DNA of 64,000 bases from Thermococcus sp. JdFR-02 (GCA_002009975.1 MTLP01000009.1:71396-135395), one strand, 5' to 3'. Positions 51,800-63,798 are shown, counted from the first letter of the stretch. Numbers and translations: made by a program. Notes: generated by a model not told the origin, from the sequence alone.

Positions 51800-52846
51800 A
51801 TGTTGCTTGAAATTGGTTTGGTAATAATCCTCCTCTGGGATGGTTATTTTTTCTTCAATTACATAATTAGCCTGTTAAAGCCTCTAAAGACCCAAGAATG
51901 GAAGCCCTTTGTGAGTGTTTTAATTCCCGCTTATAACGAAGAGAAGAGCATTAAAGAAACTATAAAATCTGTTTTAGCTCAAGATTATGAAAATCTTGAG
52001 GTTATTGTGATAGATGATGGAAGCAAAGATAAAACCTTCGAGGTTGCTAAATCCATAAAGGATCATCGTCTGAGGATTTTTAGAAAAGAACATGAAGGAA
52101 AATCCAAAGCTTTGAATTTTGGACTTTCAAAAGCTAAAGGTGAAATAATAGTAACGACTGATGCAGATACATTATTAGATAATTCAGCAGTTAATGAATT
52201 AGTTAGACGATTTTATAATGATGTAGTAGCTGTTGGGGGGCAAGTTAGGGTTTTAGGGAAAAGCTTCCTCGAAAGAGCACAAGACATTGAGCATCTAAGA
52301 ATCGCCATGTTTAGAAGGGCAAAAGAGCTTGAAGATTTAAGCGTAGCTCCCGGACCAATAAGTGCATTTAGAAAGGAGGTATTAATAAAAGCAGGCGGCT
52401 TTGTGGAAAGTATAGTTGAAGATTACGCAACGACGAAGGAGGTTAGAAAGTTTGGGAAAGTCGTTTATTCGCCAAAAGCTAAAGCTTTTACACAGATGCA
52501 TCTAAGCTTGAAAAACCTTTGGAAGCAGAGAAAAAGATGGTTCTTAGGTGATTTAGAACATTTAGGTGGAGGATTTGAAAAGGAATGGTTTTTCCTATTG
52601 TTGGGTGACTTCATAGCATTTTTGGACTTGATTGTTCCAATTTTGCTGATTTTAAATGCAAAGTGGTTTTTATTGACCTTATTTTTGATCTTTGAAATCG
52701 TGACTATGATTATTCCAACCCTAATAGAAGGAGGGGGCATCTTAAATGCTTTAGCTTTTCCATTATTTTTGTATTTTTGGGCTGGGTTTTATTTGATGTT
52801 GCATTTTTATGGCTACATGACAAAACTTAAGGTAAAGATGACCTAA
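51800..52846 (+). CDS. GT2 family glycosyltransferase (processive-type motifs)
   Basis: IPAYNEE, DDGSKD, GKSKALN, DAD, VED, QRKRW; TM helices. Confidence 0.9.
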   Translation: MLLEIGLVIILLWDGYFFFNYIISLLKPLKTQEWKPFVSVLIPAYNEEKSIKETIKSVLAQDYENLEVIVIDDGSKDKTFEVAKSIKDHRLRIFRKEHEGKSKALNFGLSKAKGEIIVTTDADTLLDNSAVNELVRRFYNDVVAVGGQVRVLGKSFLERAQDIEHLRIAMFRRAKELEDLSVAPGPISAFRKEVLIKAGGFVESIVEDYATTKEVRKFGKVVYSPKAKAFTQMHLSLKNLWKQRKRWFLGDLEHLGGGFEKEWFFLLLGDFIAFLDLIVPILLILNAKWFLLTLFLIFEIVTMIIPTLIEGGGILNALAFPLFLYFWAGFYLMLHFYGYMTKLKVKMT

Positions 52847-52903
52847 TATATTCTTCATTTTCTTTGTGAAGCAAAAACTTAAAAAGTCGTTTTGCAATAC
52901 TAA

Positions 52904-52948
52904 CTATATAGCATATATAGACAATATAGTGATACATAGAATATATAG
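52904..52948. repeat. Five TATATAG-like units at 9-10 bp spacing upstream of PiT gene
   Basis: ATAG ends at 52911, 52920, 52929, 52939, 52948; includes CTATATA-GCA-TATATAG palindrome. Confidence 0.6.
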
Positions 52949-53908
52949 GTGGTAAAGGTGGATGCAGTATTACTAACAGCACTCGCAGTTGGCTTTTACA
53001 TGGCATGGAACATAGGGGCAAATGATAGTGCAAAAGCTGTTGGAACAGCAGTAGGCTCGAATATTCTAAGCTTTAAACAAGCTATATTTTTAATTGCACT
53101 TTTTACGCTGCTTGGAGCATTTCTGGGTGGAAATAATGTAGCTCGCACTGTGGGACAGGGGATAATACCAACTATAAATGCAAAACATGTAATCTTAATT
53201 CTTTTAAGCGCAGGGGTATCTATCACCATAGCTACCCTTAGAGGTTTACCCACATCAACGACTCAGTCAATTTTAGGGGCAATTTTAGGAGTAGGCATTT
53301 ATCAAAAAACTGCCATAAATTGGTTAATTGTTGAAAAAATTGTGTTGGCTTGGATTCTATCACCATTAGTTGCAGCATTATTTTCAATCGCTCTTTTAGA
53401 GATGTATGGAAAAATTATCAACAAGCTCTCAAGCATGAGAACTATTGAAATTTTATATCGATGGATGGCAGTTTTAAGTGCAACTTATGCATCCTTCAAC
53501 CTTGGAGCAAATGAACTTTCCAACGTTATTGGGCTTTTGGCTTATACACTTCCTATCAAGATTAGCATTTTGAAATTAATTGCAGCTTTTGGACTATCTG
53601 TGGGTGCTTTAACATTTAGTTATGAAGTGATAATGACAGTTGGCAAAAAACTAATCCTTATGGATCCTCTAACTGCTTTTGCTTCTCAATTTGGTTCATC
53701 TATTGCAGTAAGCTTAGCAAATGCCTTTGGCTTACCAGTTAGCTCTGGACAAGCAATAATTGGGGGAGTTATCGGAGTAGGCATTGCTAAAGGGCAAAAA
53801 ATAAACAAAAAGCTGGTGGTTGATATTGTAAAGAGTTGGATTTTAGCACCTTTATTCTCATTTACCTTAACCATAGTGCTTCTTACTATTCTTGGAACAG
53901 CAATCTAA
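52949..53908 (+). CDS. Inorganic phosphate transporter (PiT family)
   Basis: IGANDSA and LGANELSN repeats, PTSTTQ, LPVSSGQ. Confidence 0.9.
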   Translation: MVKVDAVLLTALAVGFYMAWNIGANDSAKAVGTAVGSNILSFKQAIFLIALFTLLGAFLGGNNVARTVGQGIIPTINAKHVILILLSAGVSITIATLRGLPTSTTQSILGAILGVGIYQKTAINWLIVEKIVLAWILSPLVAALFSIALLEMYGKIINKLSSMRTIEILYRWMAVLSATYASFNLGANELSNVIGLLAYTLPIKISILKLIAAFGLSVGALTFSYEVIMTVGKKLILMDPLTAFASQFGSSIAVSLANAFGLPVSSGQAIIGGVIGVGIAKGQKINKKLVVDIVKSWILAPLFSFTLTIVLLTILGTAI

Positions 53909-53951
53909 ACGCTTTTAACTGAAACACATAACTAACTATGGGTGAGCAAAA

Positions 53952-55688
53952 ATGCTTAGGTTTGAAATAAAAGCGAGAGACGCTGCTGGAAGGATAGGAA
54001 AGCTTGAAGTTAATGGTAAAAAACTTGAAACTCCTGCGATAATGCCTGTTGTGAATCCAAAACAGTTGATTGTTGAGCCTAAAGACCTTAAGAAAATGGG
54101 CTTTGATATCATAATTACTAATTCATACATAATCTACAAGGATGAGGAGTTAAGAGATAGAGCTCTTGAAGTTGGAATTCACAAGTTTTTGGATTACGAT
54201 GGGATAATTGAAGTTGATTCTGGATCATTCCAATTGATGCGCTATGGTGGAATTGAGGTTACAAATAGGGAGATTATAGAGTTTCAACATAAAATCGGAG
54301 TCGATATTGGGACTTTTCTCGATATTCCAACTATTCCCGATGCTCCAAGAGAGAAAGCTGAAGAGGATTTAAGAATAACTCTTGAGAGGGCAAAGGAGGC
54401 TGAAGAGATCAAGCAAATAGCCATGAATGCAACTGTTCAAGGTTCAACTTTCCTTGATCTAAGAACCTATGCAGCTGAAAAGCTGAGCGAGATGAACTTT
54501 GAGATTCATCCAATCGGTGCAGTTGTTCCTTTAATGGAGAGCTATCGCTATAAAGACTTGGTTGATGTGGTTGTTGCCTCAAAGATTGGCTTGAGACCAG
54601 ATAGGCCAGTGCATTTGTTTGGTGCTGGGCATCCAATGATTTTTGCTTTAGCTGTGGCAATGGGTATAGATCTCTTTGATTCAGCATCTTACGCTTTGTA
54701 TGCTAAGGATGGTAGATATTTGACTCCAGAAGGGACGAAGCATTTAGATGATATCGAATACTTCCCATGTTCCTGCCCCGTCTGTTCAAAATACACACCC
54801 CAAGAGCTTAGAGAAATGGAGAAGGAAGAGAGGGCTAAGCTTTTAGCGTTGCATAATCTCTGGGTGATTAGGGAGGAACTCAACAGAGTAAAGCAAGCGA
54901 TTAAAGAAGGAACCCTCTGGGAGTTAGTTGATGAGAGATCTCGTTCTCATCCAAAGCTTTTCGCCGCATACAAAAGGCTTTTGGAATATAAAGATTATCT
55001 TGAAGAGAACGAGCCTATATCAAAAAGCTCAGCATTCTTTAAAGTCAGTGAAGAAATCTTAAGGACACCTGTAGTCTTAAGAGCAAAAGAAAGGGCTGAG
55101 AGAGTTAAACAAAAGTTTTCACAAACAGTTGAGCATCCAATATTTGGCGAGATTCCAAAGTATCTGGCATTAACATTTCCCTTTGCTCAAAGTGAAGCCG
55201 AAGAAGACTTTACAATCCCAAAGCCAAGCAAAAAAGATGCAAAGCTTTACATCAAAGCTGTTGCAGAATATCAGTTTGGTGAAAATGCTTCAAAGGCTTT
55301 TGAAGATGCTTTTGTTGAACTTTCAAGAAAAACTGGCATGCCAAGACAAATTAAAGCTAAAGGAAAACATTTAGCCACGTTTAGAGCTGAAGATGGACTT
55401 TTGACTTTAGGTATTGAAGGAGCAAAAAGATTGCATCAAATACTGCCCTATCCAAAGATGAGAGTTGTTGTGAATGCTGATGCAGAGCCTTTTGCAAGAA
55501 AGGGAAAGAGCGTCTTTGCTAAATTTGTTATAGATGCTGATGAAAACATAAGACCCTATGATGAGGTTTTGATAGTAAATGAAAAGGATGAACTTTTAGC
55601 AACTGGGCAAACAATATTAAATGGGAAAGAACTAAGGATTTTCAAGCAAGGGGTGGCTGTAAAAGTTAGAAGAGGGGTTGAAAGCTGA
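53952..55688 (+). CDS. tgtA: Archaeosine tRNA-guanine(15) transglycosylase
   Basis: TPAIMPVVNP, VDSGSFQ, HLFGAGHP, FDSASY, CSCPVC, C-terminal PUA. Confidence 0.95.
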   Translation: MLRFEIKARDAAGRIGKLEVNGKKLETPAIMPVVNPKQLIVEPKDLKKMGFDIIITNSYIIYKDEELRDRALEVGIHKFLDYDGIIEVDSGSFQLMRYGGIEVTNREIIEFQHKIGVDIGTFLDIPTIPDAPREKAEEDLRITLERAKEAEEIKQIAMNATVQGSTFLDLRTYAAEKLSEMNFEIHPIGAVVPLMESYRYKDLVDVVVASKIGLRPDRPVHLFGAGHPMIFALAVAMGIDLFDSASYALYAKDGRYLTPEGTKHLDDIEYFPCSCPVCSKYTPQELREMEKEERAKLLALHNLWVIREELNRVKQAIKEGTLWELVDERSRSHPKLFAAYKRLLEYKDYLEENEPISKSSAFFKVSEEILRTPVVLRAKERAERVKQKFSQTVEHPIFGEIPKYLALTFPFAQSEAEEDFTIPKPSKKDAKLYIKAVAEYQFGENASKAFEDAFVELSRKTGMPRQIKAKGKHLATFRAEDGLLTLGIEGAKRLHQILPYPKMRVVVNADAEPFARKGKSVFAKFVIDADENIRPYDEVLIVNEKDELLATGQTILNGKELRIFKQGVAVKVRRGVES

Positions 55689-55746
55689 ATTCACTCTTCC
55701 ACAATCCTTTTATCCTCTACTTTAGTAATTTTTAGAGGTGTGAACA

Positions 55747-57423
55747 ATGAATGATAAAGTTGGAATAGTTTATGGTGAATCAAGCACAGATAGATTCACA
55801 TTTATAGCAAATCCCGATAACTTGCCAAAGTTTGGTGAATTTGTTGTTGTAACAAATAGGGAAGGGGAAGAGGTTTTAGGGGTTGTAAAGAGAGTCATTA
55901 ACGTTAATTGGTTGATGAGTGCTGGAAGAGGAAACTATGCTTATATTGAAAAAACTGTAAGTGCATTTTCTAAGGGAGTTCTTGAAAAAAGCGAGGCATT
56001 GATCGTTGAGGTAAGAACATTAGGTGTCGTTAATGGCTCAGAAGTGATGCCAAATAGATTTCCAATAAGACCCGGAACTGAGGTTTATTTGGCTAAAAAC
56101 GAGACTTTACAAGGAATATTTTCTCAAGGACACATCGAAATTGGTAAGCTCTTGGCAAGAAAAGATGTTGAGGTTAAGTTAGATGTTGATAGATTAGTTT
56201 CAAGACATTTTGCTGTTTTAGCTGTAACTGGTGCTGGAAAATCAAATGCTATTTCAGTTTTAAGCAAAGAGATTATAGAGAAAGCTAAGGGGACAATAAT
56301 CATAATAGACCCCCATGGTGAATACGTTCACTTAAAATTGGACAAAAACAAAGCAAATGAAGATAAAGTCAATGTAATTCCAACTAAAATTGACCCATCT
56401 AGGATTAGCTTAAGCGAGCTAATGACTTTACTCAGCATCAGTGAAAATGCAACCAGACAAAGGCGTTTCTTATCCATGGCATATCACACGGTTAGAAAAG
56501 AAGCTGAGCAAAAAGGCAAGGTTTTGCTTGGAATGAGTTTCTTGGAAGCATTGGAAGATAAAATAGAGGAGTGGATTAGGGCAGCAGATGAAAAGAGAGA
56601 GGTTGTATATTATAATGCAAGAGGTTATTCTGCAACAAGAAAAATGAAAGGGGAAGACATGGACTCTCTAATTAGAATTCTCGACCATATACAAGAGCTT
56701 AAGACATGGTTTGGTGATTATATTGGTGAGACTGAAATTGTTAGACACATCCAGAAAGGGAAGGTTAACGTTATTGACTTAAGTGGGATGGAAGAAGAGC
56801 AGATGATTACAGTTGCCTCTTACATCTTAAGGGAGCTTTTGAAGAAAAGAATTGATTATGTTAAGGCTAAGAGAGATTTAGGAAGCCCAATTAGAGGGAG
56901 AAGAGAAAGAGCTAGGAAAATTTTAAGGGAATTTAGGGAAAAGTATCCAGCACTAACCAGACCCATTTTAACGATTGTTGAAGAGGCTCACATTTTTGCA
57001 CCGAGAGGAGGGAAAACAGAGGCATCTCATTGGCTTGGCAAAATTGCAAGGGAAGGGAGAAAATTTGGGATTGGTTTGGGTATAGTCTCTCAAAGACCGA
57101 AAAAGCTTGATGACGATATTCTAAGTCAAACGAACACAAAAATAATTCTCCGCTTAGTTGAGCCAAATGACCAAAGGTATGTACAGCAAGCGAGTGAAGA
57201 AATTGGGGAGGATTTACTCCAAGACATAGCATCTTTAGGCGTTGGTGAAGCAGTTATAGTTGGATATGCCATAAAATTGCCTGCTATGGTTAAGATATAC
57301 AACTTTAAAGAAGAACTCAATGGAGATTATGGTGGAGGAGACATTGAGATTTATAGTGAATGGAAAGAGGAAATTGAAGAGGAAGGCATAGAAATCTCAA
57401 TTGATGATTTAGTCGGTGAGTAA
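55747..57423 (+). CDS. herA: HerA DNA translocase/helicase
   Basis: HAS barrel, RHFAVLAVTGAGKS, VEEAH, AREGRKFG, SQRP. Confidence 0.93.
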   Translation: MNDKVGIVYGESSTDRFTFIANPDNLPKFGEFVVVTNREGEEVLGVVKRVINVNWLMSAGRGNYAYIEKTVSAFSKGVLEKSEALIVEVRTLGVVNGSEVMPNRFPIRPGTEVYLAKNETLQGIFSQGHIEIGKLLARKDVEVKLDVDRLVSRHFAVLAVTGAGKSNAISVLSKEIIEKAKGTIIIIDPHGEYVHLKLDKNKANEDKVNVIPTKIDPSRISLSELMTLLSISENATRQRRFLSMAYHTVRKEAEQKGKVLLGMSFLEALEDKIEEWIRAADEKREVVYYNARGYSATRKMKGEDMDSLIRILDHIQELKTWFGDYIGETEIVRHIQKGKVNVIDLSGMEEEQMITVASYILRELLKKRIDYVKAKRDLGSPIRGRRERARKILREFREKYPALTRPILTIVEEAHIFAPRGGKTEASHWLGKIAREGRKFGIGLGIVSQRPKKLDDDILSQTNTKIILRLVEPNDQRYVQQASEEIGEDLLQDIASLGVGEAVIVGYAIKLPAMVKIYNFKEELNGDYGGGDIEIYSEWKEEIEEEGIEISIDDLVGE

Positions 57424-57425
57424 AT

Positions 57426-58736
57426 ATGAAATTTGCGCACATAGCTGATGTTCACCTTGGTTATGAGCAGTACAATCAGACCTTTAGATTAAATGACTTT
57501 TCACGGGTTTTTAGAGAAGCAATTGAAAAAGCGATAACTGAAAAGGTGGATTTTATTCTAATAGCTGGTGATTTGTTCCACTCTTCAAGACCAAGTCCAA
57601 GAACGATTAGAGATGCTATAGAAATCTTAGGTTTAGCAAAAGAGAAAGAAATTCCAGTTTTTGCAATAGAGGGTAATCATGACAAAACTATAAAAGAAAC
57701 TTCTATTTATGACTTGCTCGAACATTTAGGTTTGGTTTATACAGTTGGATTAAAGAGAACGCCTAGAGAAAATGAGTTTCAAAAGAGCAGAAAAGTTGGG
57801 AAGAACTACTTAGTTTATGGCTATTTTGAAGGTGTTGAAATTCATGGTTTAAGGCACTACACCAAATGGCAGATACTTGGAAAGGAAAATCTTCTAAAGT
57901 TGCTCTTTAGGGAGCCAAAGGAAGACTCAATTTTAATGCTCCATCAAGCTGTTGAAGAACTCTCCAAAGACACAAAATATGAGAAAGCAGTTGAGGTTGG
58001 AAAGCATGACTTACCAGAAGGTTTCGCCTACTATGCCCTAGGTCATATACACCAGAGAAGAGAAGGTAAATATAACGATGCTCCTTTAGTTTACCCCGGC
58101 TCTTTGGAAAGAACAGAAGTTAGAGAAGCTTCTCATGCAATAATCTATGACAGAGAACTAAAAGTCTTTGAGAAACTGGAGAATGTGAAAGGATTTTATG
58201 TTGTTAGGGATTTCGAGAACCTTGAATTTGTGAAGGTTAACGCAAGACCTTTCTACAGAGTAGTTATAAAAGCGAAATCAAAGGAAGATATCAAAAAAAG
58301 GCTTAGGGAAGCTATGAATGCAGTGGAAAGTGGTAGCATGTCCATAATCTATTTGGAAGGTACTATAAGAGGAGGAGTGGATTTAAAGACCATCTACTCG
58401 ATTTTGAGTGATTATTCAGAGAGGATAGCTTATTATAACGTTGAAAACAACATACTTAGCGAGGAATTTAAAATAAGTGAGGATATAACAAGAGAGGAAT
58501 TCTTCAATGAATTTGAGAGAGAACTATTTTACAGACTCAGAGTTAATCCAAAGGAATTTGAAGATGAAATTGATACAGTAGTTGAGTTTATTCTTGAAAA
58601 ATATTCTTCTTCAAAAGAGAAAGTGAAGAAAGAAGAACCAAAAGTGGAAAAGGAAAAACCTGCGGAAGAACAAAGGATTGAAGTTAAAAAGCCAAAAGCA
58701 ATTGGAAGAATAGATGCTTGGGTGATTAAAAAATGA
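57426..58736 (+). CDS. mre11: Mre11 nuclease
   Basis: [30 protein letters not shown]. Confidence 0.94.
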   Translation: MKFAHIADVHLGYEQYNQTFRLNDFSRVFREAIEKAITEKVDFILIAGDLFHSSRPSPRTIRDAIEILGLAKEKEIPVFAIEGNHDKTIKETSIYDLLEHLGLVYTVGLKRTPRENEFQKSRKVGKNYLVYGYFEGVEIHGLRHYTKWQILGKENLLKLLFREPKEDSILMLHQAVEELSKDTKYEKAVEVGKHDLPEGFAYYALGHIHQRREGKYNDAPLVYPGSLERTEVREASHAIIYDRELKVFEKLENVKGFYVVRDFENLEFVKVNARPFYRVVIKAKSKEDIKKRLREAMNAVESGSMSIIYLEGTIRGGVDLKTIYSILSDYSERIAYYNVENNILSEEFKISEDITREEFFNEFERELFYRLRVNPKEFEDEIDTVVEFILEKYSSSKEKVKKEEPKVEKEKPAEEQRIEVKKPKAIGRIDAWVIKK

Positions 58737-61399
58737 GGATTAGGGAAATCAGAATTAAGAATTTTCGTTCTCATGAGGAATCTATTGTTCACTTCAACAA
58801 TGGAATAAACCTAATTGTTGGAAGGAATGGCGCTGGGAAAAGCTCTATTTTAGAGGCTATTTTTGCATCCCTTTACTTGGGATTACCCGGGTTTCCAAAA
58901 GGTTACAAAGAGGCTAATACTAGAATCGGGAAAGAGGGATTTGTATTAAGGTTGATTTTTGATCACAATGGTAAAACCTACGAGATTTATAGGGATACTT
59001 TAAGCGGAAAGGTCGCATTAAAAGAAAATGGCAAAATTATAGCTGAAAAAGATAGTGACATAGCGAGATGGGTTGAAAGATACATCTATCCAATGCACGT
59101 TTATAGGAATGCGGTATACATTAAGCAAGGCGAGATTGAAGGGATTTTGGTTAATGAAGATGTTAGGGAAAAAGTTCTGAGAAAGGTTCTTGAAATTGAG
59201 GATTATGAAAACGCTGAAAGAAATATTGGAGACGTAATAAAAGAGTTAAAGCGGAGAAAAAGCGATTTAGAGGGTTTTGTTAGGGGAGTTGGGAATGTTG
59301 AGGAGCAGATTAAAGAGGAAGAAAAGAGGCTTATTGATGTTATAAAGGATATAAACTCCCTCTCAAAAGAACTTGAAAAGCTTAGGGAAAGGTTTTCTCT
59401 ACTTGAAAAGGAATATAAAGAGCTCAAGGAACTAAAAGAAGAACTTGAGTCAGTTGAAAAGGAGCTAATAGGGTTGAGAGGAGAATATAGGGAGAGAGAA
59501 AAGCTGGTCTCAAACTTAGAAGAGCAAAAGAAAGACCTTAAAGAGGAGATTGCAAGGCTTGAGGAAAAAGTAAAAAGGCTAAAAGACCTTGAAAAGGTGG
59601 CCTTAGAATACGAGAGGTTGAAGAATCTTTTAGCTCTTAAAGATTCAAAGCAGAACTACGAGAAAAAGCTGGAAGTTTCAAAACAGAAACTTGAAGGAAT
59701 CAAAGAGAAAATAGAGACGATTAGAGAAAAGGTTGAGCTTTTGGATGATAAGAAAGCAAAATATGACCAAAAGTTGAGTGAGCTTAAGGAATTAGAGCCT
59801 CTAAGAAAGGAATACGAGGACTTAACTCAAAGGGCAAAGGAGCTGGAAAAGAGGAAAAAGGAACTTAAGAGTTACGGTTATACAAAAGAGAAAGTTATTA
59901 AAGAGCTTGAGAGAATTGAGCAAGCTAAGAAAGAAATTGATGAGATTGAAAAGAAAATAAATGAGCTAAGCTCTCTTATCGGTGCTTTGGGTGGAAGAGA
60001 GGAGGAGCTTAAGGAAAACATGAGAAAGCTCAAAGGTCAAAAAGTGTGTCCCCTTTGTAAAAGACCAATAAAAGAACACGAAGCTGGGGAGATAGAGGAG
60101 GAGTATGCTTTAGAGTTAAGAAAAGTGAGTGAAGAAAAGGAGAAAGCTCAAAATAAGCTTAAGAATTTAAAGGAAAGAAAATCTGAGCTTCAAAAGTTGC
60201 TGGAAAATGAGAGAGATTTAATTAAGATTCAAAAGCTCGTTGAATTGATTGAGGAGCTTGAGAAAGACCTTAAGGGTGTCAATTTAGGAGAGCTTGAGGG
60301 AAAAGCTAGGAGATATGAAACCATTAGGGATGAGCTTTCTAAACTTGCTGGGGAAATAAAGCAGCTCGAAAAGGACGTAGAGGACTTAACAAAGTATGAA
60401 AAAGAAAGGAAAGCTTATGAGAAGCTGGTATCTCAGTTCAAGCAAAAAATCTCTGAAATTGAAAATAAAATTAAAGAAGAAGGCTTTTCATCTTTTAATG
60501 AGATTGAAGAAAAAATTTCCCAATTAGAACCTCAGTACAAAGAGTATTACTCCTTAAAAGATTCTCCAAAACAGCTGGATAAGAGAAAGACTAAGCTGTC
60601 TTATGTTGTTTCAAATATTGAGAAGCTTAGAAAAGAGTTAGAGGGGCTTAAGGAAAGGATATCTAAAAAAGAAGAGGAAAAGCTTAAGATTGAGAGCAAA
60701 TTCAGCAGAGAAAAGTTTGAGAATGTTGAGAAAGACTTTAGAGAAACATCAAACAGTTTGTCAGAGATTAAAGCTACTCTGAAGGAAAGGGAGAGGTTGA
60801 AGGAAGAGCTTACAAAGAGAATTGAAGACTTGAAAAAGAAAAAAGAAGAGCTAAAGACTGCAAAAGAAACGATAGAACTTTTAGATAAAGTTATAGTTGA
60901 CATGACAGAATTCAAGAAGAAGCTTAGAACCTACAAAGCTGAGGTGGAGAGAAGAGGGCTTTTAGAGGTTGAAAGATTAGCCAGTGAGATTTTCTCTGAA
61001 ATGACGGAAAGAAAATATCAAGGAATCAAAATAGTCCGCAAAAAATCATATGGAAGAGAAAAAATACAAATAAATGTTGTTTACAACAGGCAAGAGAGGG
61101 ATTTGAGCTTTTTAAGTGGTGGTGAGCTTATAGCATTAGGATTAGCTTTTAGATTAGCCTTGTCTCTCTACAAAGTTCGCCACATAGAGTTGTTAGTCTT
61201 GGATGAGCCAACACCATTCCTAGATGAAGAGAAGAGGAGAAAGCTAATTGAAATAATAGGTGAGCATTTGAGGAAGATTCCCCAAGTTATTATCGTTTCC
61301 CATGATGAAGAGCTTAAAGATGCAGCCGATCATGTTATTAGGGTTTCCTCTCACGCTGGAATTAGTAAGGTAGAGGTGGAGAGCCTTGTCTCGCTTTAG
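58733..61399 (+). CDS. rad50: Rad50 ATPase
   Basis: GRNGAGKSS, coiled coils, CPLC hook, LSGGE, LDEPT. Confidence 0.95.
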   Translation: MRIREIRIKNFRSHEESIVHFNNGINLIVGRNGAGKSSILEAIFASLYLGLPGFPKGYKEANTRIGKEGFVLRLIFDHNGKTYEIYRDTLSGKVALKENGKIIAEKDSDIARWVERYIYPMHVYRNAVYIKQGEIEGILVNEDVREKVLRKVLEIEDYENAERNIGDVIKELKRRKSDLEGFVRGVGNVEEQIKEEEKRLIDVIKDINSLSKELEKLRERFSLLEKEYKELKELKEELESVEKELIGLRGEYREREKLVSNLEEQKKDLKEEIARLEEKVKRLKDLEKVALEYERLKNLLALKDSKQNYEKKLEVSKQKLEGIKEKIETIREKVELLDDKKAKYDQKLSELKELEPLRKEYEDLTQRAKELEKRKKELKSYGYTKEKVIKELERIEQAKKEIDEIEKKINELSSLIGALGGREEELKENMRKLKGQKVCPLCKRPIKEHEAGEIEEEYALELRKVSEEKEKAQNKLKNLKERKSELQKLLENERDLIKIQKLVELIEELEKDLKGVNLGELEGKARRYETIRDELSKLAGEIKQLEKDVEDLTKYEKERKAYEKLVSQFKQKISEIENKIKEEGFSSFNEIEEKISQLEPQYKEYYSLKDSPKQLDKRKTKLSYVVSNIEKLRKELEGLKERISKKEEEKLKIESKFSREKFENVEKDFRETSNSLSEIKATLKERERLKEELTKRIEDLKKKKEELKTAKETIELLDKVIVDMTEFKKKLRTYKAEVERRGLLEVERLASEIFSEMTERKYQGIKIVRKKSYGREKIQINVVYNRQERDLSFLSGGELIALGLAFRLALSLYKVRHIELLVLDEPTPFLDEEKRRKLIEIIGEHLRKIPQVIIVSHDEELKDAADHVIRVSSHAGISKVEVESLVSL

Positions 61400-62648
61400 C
61401 GATTCTCATCTAATTAAAGTCAAAGATTACTTAGATTATCAGCTCAGCAAAATAGATAAGCTTTCTAAGCTTATTAGGAAATACTACTCTTGGAAGCCTT
61501 TGCCGCAGGAAAAAGAGGGAATCATTTACGCTGTTGATGGAAGTAGAATGATGAAAAGGCTTAGTGGTGCAATCGTTTATGCAGTTTCTGCAGTTGCTAT
61601 TGGAAGAACGTTCAAACAGTGGCACGAAATCGGGGTAGTTTCACCTTACAAATATGTCGATGAAAGGATGAGAATTCACATGGAGCTGCTGGAAAAGAGA
61701 ATTGGTGCAATTGTTGCTGAGCAGGATAAAGCGGATTTAATTTTAATGGATGGAACTCTCAGTGGTGCTTTGATAAGACCTCCTGGCTACATAGAAGAGA
61801 TAAGAAGGGAAAAGCAAACATGGTATGATAAACATGCCGATGATTTGAAAAATATAACTGAGGTCTTCTTGGAGTATTTAGAGGAACATTGGGAAAGCTT
61901 GAAAGGCGAACTCTTTAAAGAGGAGTTTATTTTAGCGAACACACTTCTTTCAAGGGATAGGAATATCATAGAGAAGATAAAAAGTGAATGTCAAGATAAT
62001 GCTCTTTTAAAAACCATAGAGAACAATACAGGGGATAGGGAGAATTTGATAATCTATCTGGAATATGTTGAGTATTTGCATGCTTTAGATAAGCTTTTGA
62101 ATTATGATATAGCTTATATTGCAAAAACCTTCTATACAAATGATATTTTGAGGGATGTTGAGATTAGAGAGAAGAATGATTTGGAAAGAGATGGGATCTT
62201 AGTTGATTTGCCAGATGTTCCAGTTATAGACAATGTTTCAAAGGGAAGAGGGTATTTGCCTTTTTCATATAAAACAGAAAAGAAGAAATCCCTTCCAAAA
62301 CCCCTTAGAGACTTACCCGATAAATACCTGAAAAACGTTAGAGAAGTCCTTAAAGATCCAGCCCTTTCAAAAACTATTTCTCCAGCTTATGTTAGGTTTG
62401 AAAATAACGGTGTTATTTATTTGCTCGAAGTTCCAACAACTAACAAGAGGAGCTTTGAAGAAACCCTAAGCTTAATCCTTTCAGTCGCAGAGGGAGAATA
62501 CGTTATACCTTTAGAGTATGCCCATCATGGTGTTGTTATTAAGAAGCAAGAGTTCGATAACTACGTTGATGCTTTAATAAATGCCTTAGTAGGTGAGGAT
62601 GAACGCTATTTGGGCTTTTTAAGGTATGGGAGAGAGCCTTTAGAATAA
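61386..62648 (+). CDS. nurA: NurA nuclease
   Basis: [23 protein letters not shown]; operon position. Confidence 0.92.
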   Translation: MSRFSDSHLIKVKDYLDYQLSKIDKLSKLIRKYYSWKPLPQEKEGIIYAVDGSRMMKRLSGAIVYAVSAVAIGRTFKQWHEIGVVSPYKYVDERMRIHMELLEKRIGAIVAEQDKADLILMDGTLSGALIRPPGYIEEIRREKQTWYDKHADDLKNITEVFLEYLEEHWESLKGELFKEEFILANTLLSRDRNIIEKIKSECQDNALLKTIENNTGDRENLIIYLEYVEYLHALDKLLNYDIAYIAKTFYTNDILRDVEIREKNDLERDGILVDLPDVPVIDNVSKGRGYLPFSYKTEKKKSLPKPLRDLPDKYLKNVREVLKDPALSKTISPAYVRFENNGVIYLLEVPTTNKRSFEETLSLILSVAEGEYVIPLEYAHHGVVIKKQEFDNYVDALINALVGEDERYLGFLRYGREPLE

Positions 62649-62706
62649 TCAGCCAGGAATCCGCTCATCATTGCAGAGCTCAGGATCAAGGGCAGTCATC
62701 ACTAAT
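62645..62706 (-). ncRNA. Box C/D methylation guide sRNA
   Basis: Minus strand: GTGATGA-CTGCCCTTGATC-CTGA-GCTCTGCA-ATGATGA-GCGGATTCCTGG-CTGA (62702 to 62649); canonical boxes, 12-nt guides. Confidence 0.9.
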
Positions 62707-62779
62707 AAAAGCTTAGAATTTTTACTTTTAAATTCTTGTCCCCAAAATATTAAAAGTAGGTTTTTATAAAGATAAAAAT

Positions 62780-63289
62780 ATGAGCTTATCTTCAAGAGAT
62801 TTGCCAACAATTAGGAGAATTCCTATAAGTTTAGTTGCTATCAGACCTGCTAAGCTATTTGATCTTCCAGATATAATGAGAATAGAGCACCAATCTTTTA
62901 GAGAGCAGTACCCTAGAGGGGTATTTTTGATGTTTCTTGAAAATAATCCCGAAACTTTTCTCGTTGCAGAATATAATGGAAAAGTCATAGGTTATGTCAT
63001 GGGATATTTAAAGCCAGATTTTGAAGGTCACGTAATGAGCATTGCGGTTGACCCCGTTTATAGAGGTAATGGAATTGGAAAGATGCTCATGATTGCGGTT
63101 ATTGATAAGCTAATAAAATTGGGAGCAAGATACATTGGCCTGGAAGTTCGTGTGAGCAATGAAAGGGCTATAAAACTTTATGAAAGGCTTGGCTTTAAAA
63201 AATTGAAGAGGATAATCAGCTATTACTCTGATGGTGAAGATGCTTACTATATGGTTTTACCAGCAGAAGAGTGGGGGAGAAGAAATTGA
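62780..63289 (+). CDS. Ard1/RimI-type N-terminal acetyltransferase
   Basis: GHVMSIAVDPVYRGNGIG, LEVRVSN..AI.LY..LGF, YYSDGEDAY.M. Confidence 0.9.
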   Translation: MSLSSRDLPTIRRIPISLVAIRPAKLFDLPDIMRIEHQSFREQYPRGVFLMFLENNPETFLVAEYNGKVIGYVMGYLKPDFEGHVMSIAVDPVYRGNGIGKMLMIAVIDKLIKLGARYIGLEVRVSNERAIKLYERLGFKKLKRIISYYSDGEDAYYMVLPAEEWGRRN

Positions 63290-63798
63290 AGGTGATTGAG
63301 TTTTATTTAAGCGGTGATAGGGTTTTCAGTGATAAAGAGAAAGCAATTAATCAGCTTTACAATAAGCGCTATTATGGAGAGATCGTTAGTGGAAAGCTTT
63401 TCTTATCTCTAATTGAAGCCGTGTATTTGGTGGATAGGGGAAAGATAAGAGTTTTCGATGGTGGAAAAGAGCTGAGCTTAAAGGAGCTTGTTGATATAGC
63501 AAGGAAAAGAGATGAGAACTTTGATTTGAAGTTTTTGGTGTATAAGGATTTGAGAGATAGGGGGTATGTTGTTAAAACCGCTCTGAAGTATGGTTCTCAT
63601 TTTAGGGTTTATCGTAAAGGTATGGAGGAGCATGCTGATTGGCTTGTTTGGGTTGTGAGTGAAAACCAGAAGCTCTTTCCAAATGACATTACTTCAAGGG
63701 TAAGGGTAGCCCATGGAGTTAGGAAAAAGATGATAATGGCAGTTGTAGATGAAGACAATGATGTAGTTTACTATCAGATAGAAAGGGTTAAGTTCTAA
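63271..63798 (+). CDS. endA: tRNA-splicing endonuclease
   Basis: LSLIEAVYL, VYKDLRDRGY, KYGSHFRVY, HA, RVAHGVRK. Confidence 0.93.
   Translation: MGEKKLKVIEFYLSGDRVFSDKEKAINQLYNKRYYGEIVSGKLFLSLIEAVYLVDRGKIRVFDGGKELSLKELVDIARKRDENFDLKFLVYKDLRDRGYVVKTALKYGSHFRVYRKGMEEHADWLVWVVSENQKLFPNDITSRVRVAHGVRKKMIMAVVDEDNDVVYYQIERVKF

Noticed and set aside
59200-60950. Repetitive GAA/AAA-rich sequence in rad50
   Set aside because: Explained by Glu/Lys coiled-coil coding
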